64,000 nt of DNA, taken from contig JBKAGP010000001.1 in NCBI GenBank assembly GCA_046290465.1, positions 1,568,001 to 1,632,000 on the forward strand, written 5' to 3'. This document shows positions 49,677-59,269 of this stretch, in pieces. The notes below the pieces were generated by a model. That model did not search any database. It was not told the origin of the DNA and worked only from the letters and a program-made list of their open reading frames with translations. Numbering within the stretch: position 1 is the stretch's first letter; each line of letters opens with the position of its first letter. The position numbers and the translations under genes are program-made. Origin of the DNA: Planctomycetota bacterium (GTDB lineage Bacteria; Planctomycetota; UBA1135; UBA2386).

Positions 49677-50155
49677 CCGGTCTTCTCCGCGGCGATCAGC
49701 TGCGAGCCGCTGCCGCTGAAGGGCTCGTAGACGATGTCGCCCGGCGACGTGTGCTTGCGAATCGGGCGCTCGAACAGCTCCGTGGGCTTCGCGGTTGGGT
49801 GCTCGGCCCCGGTGCTGCGTGCCTTGCCGTCGAAGTCGACCTCCAAAACGGAGTCGTGGTCGTGAACACCGTCGTGCTCCGGCTGGTCGCCCTTGCGCCA
49901 TCCCATCACGCAGGGCTCATGGCGGAAATGCCAGTAGACGAGACCGAACACCGACGCCGGCTTCACCCAGATGATCTGCTGGTGGTCGAGGATGCCGAGC
50001 TCACGCCAGATGCGCTGAAGGTCGCCGCTGCGCTTGTGTGCGTGCCAGCAGTAGATGGCGGCCTTCGGGCCGAGCACGTCGAGCACGTTGGCGAACACCG
50101 CATGGAAGAACGCCTCCGGGTCCTTGATCGACACCCCGTCGTAGCGGTCCCATCG
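49677..50155 (-). pseudogene. N6/N4 DNA methyltransferase fragment (phage/ParB-MTase type)
   Basis: IIWVK, HPTAKP, EPFSGSGS; no DPPY N-terminus; cut by the IS21 right end. Confidence 0.85.
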
Positions 50156-50360
50156 TAGCAGAAGCTGCCGCACGCAGAACAGTGGGCCCAACGTTTGCCA
50201 ACCCGCTGTGAACGAGAGCCCACGTCTCTAAACTCGGCGCAAGCCGTAGCTCCACCTGTTGACAGTGCTCCGAACGACCGAGATCGCAAGCTGGGCCGCG
50301 TACGCGTCAGCTCTCACCGCAGGCACGATTTTGTGCAAACCGCCCCCCGAGGCTGAAACC

Positions 50361-50876
50361 ATGGAGATGATGATCAAGGTCATCGGGCTCGTTGCTGGCA
50401 TCGCAACGGCCGGAGGCACCATCGCGGCCGCCTACTTCGTCCTCTTTCTTGGTAGGCGACAACGCGAAGACACGTGGCAACGTCACCTGTCCGAGATTCA
50501 CCAGCTCTTCTGGGATAAGGACCCCGACAACGCCAAAGTACGAATGTGGATCGCGGCGCCGACGCTCGGCTCACCACTCGGGGCCGAGCTCTACAACGCT
50601 CTTCACGTGAGGAGGCACACGCCGAAGAAGATCAGCGCCGAGGACTACGCTCGAATCGACAAGCTGGATCGGTTCTTGAATGCGTTCGTCAGGGTATTCG
50701 TTTTCATCGAGGAGACTCCTGGGCTCAAGCTGACGTCAGCCCACCTGATGCTGGAGTACTGGGCGGGACGCCTGATGGGGCTCGACGAAGAGGGCAAGTG
50801 CGTCCAAGAAGATCTCAACTGGTACATGCGCGAGTACTTCCCCTCGATCGCAAGAGGGCACAAGTTGCTGACCTAG
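50361..50876 (+). CDS. hypothetical protein with N-terminal TM helix
   Basis: VIGLVAGIATAGGTIAAAYFVLFL followed by a helical domain. Confidence 0.6.
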   Translation: MEMMIKVIGLVAGIATAGGTIAAAYFVLFLGRRQREDTWQRHLSEIHQLFWDKDPDNAKVRMWIAAPTLGSPLGAELYNALHVRRHTPKKISAEDYARIDKLDRFLNAFVRVFVFIEETPGLKLTSAHLMLEYWAGRLMGLDEEGKCVQEDLNWYMREYFPSIARGHKLLT

Positions 50877-50967
50877 CCAACGCCCCCTGCGTGCGGCTGT
50901 CGCATTCGTGGCCAAATGCGACGCGGATCAACTTGATGATCTCGCCAGAACGAGCGTGCATGTGGTC

Positions 50968-51264
50968 ATGCACCTCCAAGACGCCCTCGGGCAGTTCCAA
51001 GTCCAACTCCGCGCCGATGGGCGCTCGGAGCACACCCGCAAGCAGTACCAGCGCCACGTCAGGGCGCTGATCGCCTGGCTCGCCACAACAGCCCACAGCT
51101 CGGAGATCGAGGCTCTTGTCCCGGCCGTCATCGCCGAGTTCCTCGCCAGCGACGCGGCAACCGGCAGCGCGCGCGGAGGAGCCAAAAAGGCGTCGAGCGC
51201 CAACGCGATGCGCACGAGCATCCGCTGCCTCAGCCGCTGGGCGACCGCGACTGGCCGGTTTTGA
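50968..51264 (+). pseudogene. tyrosine recombinase N-terminal (SAM-like) fragment
   Basis: QLRADGRSEHTRKQYQRHV...SSANAMRTSIRC; no catalytic domain. Confidence 0.7.
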
Positions 51265-51300
51265 ACCGTTCCCCGAGGAAGTTGTTGGCGAACCAACGAC

Positions 51301-51333
51301 TGGTAGCGGGGATGGGTGGTGATTTGAGTCGGG
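51301..51333. other. att junction (core + element arm)
   Basis: TGGTAGCGGGGA-TGGGTGGTGATTTGAGTCGGG. Confidence 0.8.
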
Positions 51334-51396
51334 TGGTAAGGTGGGATCATTTGCGCTGGACAGCCTGAGCTGTGAGACCGGCGCCACCGCACAGCA

Positions 51397-51927
51397 TCAA
51401 GTTGGTGGACGAACGGAATCAGAGACCGCACGTACCGTCATGTACCACCCGTTTAGCAGAAGCCCTCGCACCCAATGGACTAGAGCCATTCGCTTGCGAG
51501 CCTTCACTGCATGAGCAGCCACCTCAGGATCGCTATCCTGCGTTGCAACCGACTTCTGAGGGCACGCTTGGGTGTCACCAGCATCCGCTGGACCTTCGGT
51601 TTCACGGGCTCCCTCGGAACGCGAGGTAGATTCAACACCTTCACTGGCCGAGTCGGATTCACTCGACTCTGCCTGCTCATCGAGCGCTTCGTCCACAGCC
51701 TCGTGAACATCCGTCTCTAACTGCTCGTCAGGCGATAACGATTCTTCGGCATCAGCCCGCGTATGGACATGCTTCTGGACGATGTAGATGTGCGAAGCAT
51801 CGTCGAACGAATCTGCAACTTGCTCCAGAAGGCGACTGTTGTCACCAGGATCTCTAGACGTCAGAACCAGAGTGATTCGACGATTTTTCCTCGTTCGGCG
51901 ACGAGGCCTTTGCGGCTGCTCACTCAT
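51397..51927 (-). CDS. hypothetical protein (acidic middle)
   Basis: 176 aa; ATGA overlap with upstream ORF. Confidence 0.5.
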   Translation of the reverse strand: MSEQPQRPRRRTRKNRRITLVLTSRDPGDNSRLLEQVADSFDDASHIYIVQKHVHTRADAEESLSPDEQLETDVHEAVDEALDEQAESSESDSASEGVESTSRSEGARETEGPADAGDTQACPQKSVATQDSDPEVAAHAVKARKRMALVHWVRGLLLNGWYMTVRAVSDSVRPPT

Positions 51928-52715
51928 CGTTTGACTCCCCGGGGAGAGCCCGCCTGGCTTTCTGAGTCGATTCGCCTCACACGAAGACCACTTCCTCCTG
52001 CAGCACGATGATAGGCGTCTGCGCGCCTTGTCATCTCAACGATAGCCTGACGCACTTCGTCGTCGGACAAGCCGTCCGGGACCTGCATCTCAAGCACTAG
52101 CTCATCGCCAAACTCCTCCGACTCCTCTAGGACAAGATCTAGCTCAGACTCCGGCCAGCCCTCCGGTCGAACCAACGGCCACAGATCGCCTAGGGCTTTC
52201 ACGGGTGCAGTGTCCACACCCCAACCACACGCACCATGAATCTGTCGGGCTGCGGCGATGTCGGCTTGCATCGTCTGGCGAATCGCCGCAGCAGCATCAC
52301 GCGAAGCGGCCCATGCGAAAGCAGCCTCCTCGGCGGCCACACCAACCGCCCTGAGCTGTGCCTCGATCTCGGACCGATTCCTGCCATAGCTGTCCCCGGC
52401 GCACAACTTGATAGCGCGGGCAGCTGCTTCAGCGGCCCTTCCGATAGAGGCGTCACGAATAACGCCAGTCCAATGGCCTGCATCAACCGGGGCGCGGAGC
52501 TTCTTGCGCAGTTGATAAGCACGGCTAATCGCCTGCTCAGCGGCCTCTGGGCCCGGATCGGCGCAGTAGCGCAAGCAAGACTCAAGCACGCCCGATGCAA
52601 GACTACGTACGCCTTGCGAATCAGCGAGTGACAACAGACGCATCACGCATCTCGTCGCAACGGCGACGACGCCCATTGCGGGAACCGACCCTAGGTCTTT
52701 GTACATGAACCCCAT
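51924..52715 (-). CDS. hypothetical Ala-rich helical protein
   Basis: 263 aa; atypical codon usage; start uncertain. Confidence 0.55.
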   Translation of the reverse strand: MGFMYKDLGSVPAMGVVAVATRCVMRLLSLADSQGVRSLASGVLESCLRYCADPGPEAAEQAISRAYQLRKKLRAPVDAGHWTGVIRDASIGRAAEAAARAIKLCAGDSYGRNRSEIEAQLRAVGVAAEEAAFAWAASRDAAAAIRQTMQADIAAARQIHGACGWGVDTAPVKALGDLWPLVRPEGWPESELDLVLEESEEFGDELVLEMQVPDGLSDDEVRQAIVEMTRRADAYHRAAGGSGLRVRRIDSESQAGSPRGVKR

Positions 52716-52899
52716 CCTTGCTGTTGGCAGCGAGCCCGAAAAGCGGGCAGTCCGGTCATCCTAGCCCAAGAGCGCGAGCTTCACAGGCAGCCCAACCTGT
52801 ACGCGACGATCTCCTGCATGAGAGTCGCGGACCCAACAGTCGGTCCTTGGGAGGCGCCCGGTCCACGTACCTCGACAGCTTTGGCGGACCCAGCTTCGC

Positions 52900-52929
52900 T
52901 AGCGGGGATGGATGGCGACTTGAGTCGGG
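52900..52929. other. second att-like junction
   Basis: 27/30 identical to 51304-51333. Confidence 0.7.
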
Positions 52930-53155
52930 CTCGCTATCGGCGGATAGCATGGACGCCATAACCCATCTCCTGCAAGAGTCTTCCACACACGCGAGACGAT
53001 CCAGCCCAGTTGCGACACAGGACGAAGCGCGGCGAGCCGCCATTCTGGCAGCATATCGGGGACCCGACTGCCAACGCGACACGCTCGGACAGCATCCGCC
53101 GCAGAGCAAGGAGCGGCACACCCGTTGCTTGGACGGCGCCGAAGGAACGGCAGCA

Positions 53156-54175
53156 ATGGAGACAGCAAACGACTACATCGCGGAGATCCTCCGCCAGATC
53201 GAACCCGATTCTGAAGTCCTCGCCGAGGCTCGGACGCGACGGGATCTCGTCGCAGCGAAGGCAATGTCACTTCGCGGGACCCTGCGACAGTACTCCTCCG
53301 GAAGCGTCGCCCACGGAAATGTAACAGCACCCATCAATGATGCAGATGGCGGCATCGTGCTAGACCGGCGCATTCACACCAAACTGGGACCGGAGGGCGA
53401 CAATGAAGGCCCAGAGAAGGTCATCGAGGAGCTGAAGGAACTCGTAGGACCCAAGATTCGGGCCAAGTACTCCAAAGCTCGCATTTCGACATCTCGACGA
53501 GGCCTCCTGGTCACATTTGGCAGCCCCCTTAGCGACCAAGACCCTTCGGTCGATATGATTGTCACGCTCACCCGCAAGAAGGGCGATGGTCTTTGGATTC
53601 CCAATCTAAAATCCAACACGTGGGACGCCTCCCATCCGGAGCAACACACAGATCTATTTACGTCCGGAACCACGACACTTCGCCAACAACGCTCGACGAT
53701 CACCCGACTCGCCAAGGTCTGGAATAAGCAGTTCACCAACCCAGCGCTCTCGTCGTTCAATGTTTCATCCCTGGCCTGGGAACTGATCACAAAGACAAAC
53801 TCCGACACAGCCGAGGCGCTCCAGGAGTTTTTTGCACTGTCCGCCCAGGCAATTGGCCAAAACAACACCAAGGATCCTGCGGGCGTATCCAGTTCCATCC
53901 GCCTGCTGCAAAGCCGGTCCATTGCGGTCAGAAGACTCCAATCAGCTGCACGTTCCCTTGAGAAGGCAATTTCCTCCAAGGATCCCAACGGAATACAAGA
54001 GTCGATGGCAGCCGTCTTCCACCATTACGTTGACCCGCCGGCTTCGAGCAAGGCTGCATGGGCGGCGGCCTTCAGAAACAAAGATAGCTCCGTTGGCGTT
54101 ACGGCTTCAGGCCTCGCAATTGGTACAGGCGAAACGCTGAAGTCCACCAGGTCTTTCGGAGGACCTGCAGAGTGA
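53156..54175 (+). CDS. CD-NTase (cGAS/DncV-like nucleotidyltransferase)
   Basis: YSSGSVAHG...INDADGG (GS + DxD), SVDMIV, SHPEQH, RLAKVWN, DPAG; C-terminal RSFGG-PAE. Confidence 0.85.
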   Translation: METANDYIAEILRQIEPDSEVLAEARTRRDLVAAKAMSLRGTLRQYSSGSVAHGNVTAPINDADGGIVLDRRIHTKLGPEGDNEGPEKVIEELKELVGPKIRAKYSKARISTSRRGLLVTFGSPLSDQDPSVDMIVTLTRKKGDGLWIPNLKSNTWDASHPEQHTDLFTSGTTTLRQQRSTITRLAKVWNKQFTNPALSSFNVSSLAWELITKTNSDTAEALQEFFALSAQAIGQNNTKDPAGVSSSIRLLQSRSIAVRRLQSAARSLEKAISSKDPNGIQESMAAVFHHYVDPPASSKAAWAAAFRNKDSSVGVTASGLAIGTGETLKSTRSFGGPAE

Positions 54176-54615
54176 AGTTTCGCCGGGTCTCGGGACCATG
54201 GTATGGACGCGACAGAGAGCGCATCTCTTTCGAAAGAGGCACTCGCAATTATGATCACATCAGCGCAAGGACCATTGCAAAGGTAGGCAGAGAATACAAG
54301 GTCACAATCTCTGTACCGCACTACCAATCACGCGGCGTCACGATCATGTTCCGCAAGAACTCCCCCGAGACGCCACGCGTGTTCGTTGACGGCAAGAAGG
54401 AAGAATCCCCTCACCGCTACGAGGACGCCACGCTATGCATGTGGCACCCAAAAGATCCTCCCGAGAAGCGCTGGACGCGCTCGGACGGCCTCCTCCACCT
54501 CCTCGGACACATTGAGGCCCACCTATTCAAAGAAGAATGGTGGCGCGAGTCGGGCGAATGGCTCGGCGCGGAAGCACACCACAACGGCGCCGAACGGAAG
54601 GAGATGCACAGTTGA
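54172..54615 (+). CDS. stand-alone E2-like protein of short type II CBASS
   Basis: PRVFV...SPHRY..ATLCMWHP...W...EEWWRESGEWLGAEAHH. Confidence 0.8.
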   Translation: MKFRRVSGPWYGRDRERISFERGTRNYDHISARTIAKVGREYKVTISVPHYQSRGVTIMFRKNSPETPRVFVDGKKEESPHRYEDATLCMWHPKDPPEKRWTRSDGLLHLLGHIEAHLFKEEWWRESGEWLGAEAHHNGAERKEMHS

Positions 54616-55115
54616 CAGACATCCTAGAGTCAAGCATAACTCCGGCGATAATAGCCGGATCCGTTTCACTGATCGTGGCAATCGCAGCCAACCGGAAGTC
54701 ACTACAAGATCGCCAGCGCGCCCTAGTTGCTGAAGCATTCTCGGCGATTACCGAATACCGTGAATACCCCTATATTGTCTATCGGCGCGACAAGCTCAAG
54801 AAGGAAGAAGAACGCACTCGCATTTCGAGCGCTCTAAGCACTCTCCAATCCCGCATCAATAGCCTGCAAGCGCAACTATTCGTCGAGACGCCCTTCATAG
54901 CAGATTCCTACAAGAGCTTAGTCGCCGCCACGCGCAAGATCGCTGGCCCCGCCATCAAAATGGCGTGGGATTCCGAGCCTGCTGGATGTGACGCCGAAGT
55001 GAGCACATCAGCCTACGACACCACACAACTAGAGAAGCCGGCACAGCGGTTCCTAAAACAAGCGCGTCGAAACTTCGGGTGGGTTCCAAACTGGGTCTAC
55101 TTCTTGTGTGATTGA
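54612..55115 (+). CDS. putative CBASS effector, single N-terminal TM
   Basis: TTG start overlapping the E2 stop, GGAAGGAG RBS; IIAGSVSLIVAIAA then amphipathic helices. Confidence 0.6.
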   Translation: MTDILESSITPAIIAGSVSLIVAIAANRKSLQDRQRALVAEAFSAITEYREYPYIVYRRDKLKKEEERTRISSALSTLQSRINSLQAQLFVETPFIADSYKSLVAATRKIAGPAIKMAWDSEPAGCDAEVSTSAYDTTQLEKPAQRFLKQARRNFGWVPNWVYFLCD

Positions 55116-55135
55116 TCCTCGAACGTGCGGGGAGC

Positions 55136-55224
55136 ACCCCGCAGCTCCGTCGCCGTCAGCGTCGGTCACACCCGAAGGGAGCGGAGCGGATTGACCGATG
55201 CTGACGGCGATGGAGCTGTGGGGT
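55136..55224 (+). other. 33-bp inverted repeat / putative RNA hairpin
   Basis: Arms 55136-55168 and 55192-55224; the three non-WC pairs are all G-U on the + strand. Confidence 0.7.
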
Positions 55225-55292
55225 CCCCCGTAGCTCTTGAGCCGGAGGCCGAGGGAGCTTGACAGCTCGCCTACCACCACGATCCTCGACGC

Positions 55293-56054
55293 GTGCAGGA
55301 CGAATCGCGCGTAGCCGCCTGGGGCCGGGGTCGAGACGAGGAGCTTGTCCAACTGGCACTCGCTGTCTTCAGCAGCGCCGACGAGACGATCGCCATCTTC
55401 GGCGGGGAACCGGCCCCATCGACGCCACCTGACGGGTCGCACCTCTCGTTCTACCGCGACCACCGGCGCCTCATGCGCCTCATGAGTCAGATGGCAGAAC
55501 CTCCGCACAAGCCGCAGGACAAGACGGACGCCGTCCGCTTCCTGATCGAGATCTGGATGCGCTGCGTCTACGCCTACCTGATCACCCCCGGAATGCTCCT
55601 CCGTGCCGCGCGCCAGGGCGAACCAAAGGCGCTGGATGATCTGCTTCGCCTCGACAAGGCGGCCATCTGCGAGCCACGAGTTGCCAAGCAACTCGTCGCC
55701 ATCTTCGACCGCGGGCGACCAGCTCTCAAGAAGCGCATCGCCGCAGCTCTGAAGGGCAGACCGACGCTCCCGCCACGCAGGACGCTGAAAGCTCGGATGG
55801 CAGGCCTGGTCATCGCGATCATCAACGAGGACGAGAGGTTCGTTTCTCGCGGTGTCGAGGCACCGACGCCGAGCGAGTTGCGCGACCTCTTCGACGCCAT
55901 CGCCCAGGACGCGGACCAGCAGCAGCCATGCGATAGCGACCTCCCTGAAGGTGACGACGCGTGGCGAAAGGCAGTTCAGCGAGCTCGCTCCGAACTGCGC
56001 CCGTTCGTGCGCCTCGCGATCGACCACCCGCTCCGGACAAGAGTCGCACCGTAG
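55293..56054 (+). CDS. hypothetical protein of the element
   Basis: 253-aa ORF with GC3 bias, upstream of the rep gene. Confidence 0.6.
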   Translation: MQDESRVAAWGRGRDEELVQLALAVFSSADETIAIFGGEPAPSTPPDGSHLSFYRDHRRLMRLMSQMAEPPHKPQDKTDAVRFLIEIWMRCVYAYLITPGMLLRAARQGEPKALDDLLRLDKAAICEPRVAKQLVAIFDRGRPALKKRIAAALKGRPTLPPRRTLKARMAGLVIAIINEDERFVSRGVEAPTPSELRDLFDAIAQDADQQQPCDSDLPEGDDAWRKAVQRARSELRPFVRLAIDHPLRTRVAP

Positions 56055-56352
56055 TTGTCCGGACGCATGTGGCGGCCATGGGGAACGTCGCCCCCATGAC
56101 GCACAACATGCGAAGGCGGCAGCGCGCAGGCGCCGCAACCCGTCCGGGCGACTCAGCCCGGGCGGTTGCGGCTCCTACCGCTGCCGGTTCCACGACCTGG
56201 GCCATCCTGGCCACGACCCTCGACGGGCCAACGGTCTGCATCCACAGCATCCGCCGGATCCTGACGTCGATGCTCTCCCGCCGCCTCGGGCGCCTGGCGA
56301 GCCTGCGACCGTTCGCACGCCCGCGACGCGGCGCACCGACCGCTGCAGCCAC

Positions 56353-56376
56353 ACCCCCCTCTGCTAACAGGGGGGT
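56353..56376 (+). promoter_or_regulatory. oriT/dso nic hairpin (MOBT type)
   Basis: ACCCCCCT-CTGCTAAC-AGGGGGGT, 6 nt before the Rep_trans ATG. Confidence 0.75.
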
Positions 56377-56382
56377 TGAAAC

Positions 56383-57437
56383 ATGATCGCCACAGAACGG
56401 GGCGACGGCGGATTCGAGGATCTCGGGCTCACCCAGATCCGCATCTCGCTCGACGCGCTCACGGTTTCGCTCACCGAGTCCGAGGTCAGCGAGATGTTCG
56501 GCAAGATGATCGAGGCCGTCAGACGAACGGGATGCAACACCCTGCCAACGATGGGGCGGCCCTGGCGCGACTTCCGCAAGACGCAGCGCTACGGGCTCTC
56601 GACGCTCAACGAAGGCGCGCAGTGGTACCGCAAGTACGATCCGCAGCAGCTCGCGCCCACCCTCGGCAGCGACTACGAGTCCTGGGAGGTCATGGGCCCC
56701 GCAGCGCGCATCCTCGCCGACGTGCTGAAGTCGGCGCCCGTGCATGTCGGGCGCGCTTCACGCCTCGACGTCGCATTCGACTTCGCGTGCGAACCTGACC
56801 TGTGGCCCGCCGCAATCGAGGACGCGATCTCCTTCCACTGCGAGCACCACGGCTTCCACATCCACTACCAGGGCGAACGGGAGAAGCGCACCGTCTACGT
56901 CGGCTCGCCCAAGTCGGAGCGGCGCGTTCGCATCTACCGGCACGACCTCGCGCACGGTGGCGGCCTCCCGATCCTGCGCGTGGAGGTAGAACTCCGGCGC
57001 AAACACGCGGCCGAAGCCTGGAGACGTTGGTGGCCGGGCGGCGGACCAGCCATCGGCCTCTGCGCGGGTCACATCGAGCAGATGACCGGACGCGCCGTCT
57101 TCGTGGACGAACTCACCTACCCCGCGCCCGCCCCTGGCCGCGACGTCGATCTGATCGAGACCTCGGCACACGGCACCACCCAGTACGGAGGCGCCTTCGA
57201 GGCCCTTCTCCGCGCGGGCGTCGATCTGACCGCCCTCGTCCGCGACGTGCGCGAGCTGCAGCTCTCGGCGAGCGGAAAGCGGGTCCGTGAGCACAAGATG
57301 CGGCGCCTGCTCGCATCCGTTCGCGGCCTCACGCCCGAGCAGATCGCCTCAGCGATCCTGGGCTCGATCCGCGCGCGCATCCGCCAGCGCTTGCCATCCA
57401 ATCCGACCGGACCTAGCGTCCGGCCCGGAGACCCTGC

Positions 57438-57441
<4 letters not shown>
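56383..57441 (+). CDS. Rep_trans (replication initiation factor) / MOBT relaxase
   Basis: SRLDVAFD, TVYVGSPKSERRVRIY, RVEVEL motifs. Confidence 0.85.
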
Positions 57442-59216
<1,775 letters not shown>

Positions 59217-59269
59217 ATGGGTGAGCGAAGAACGATAGCGACCAGCCCCGAAGAAGCAAGGCTTCGAAG

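Noticed and set aside
49481..50191. Functional restriction-modification methyltransferase
   Set aside because: Lacks the DPPY region, is truncated by IS21, and has no nuclease partner
50899..50922. 8-bp inverted repeat as an integron attC
   Set aside because: Single short copy with no clear R/L box architecture; the nearby integrase is only an N-terminal fragment
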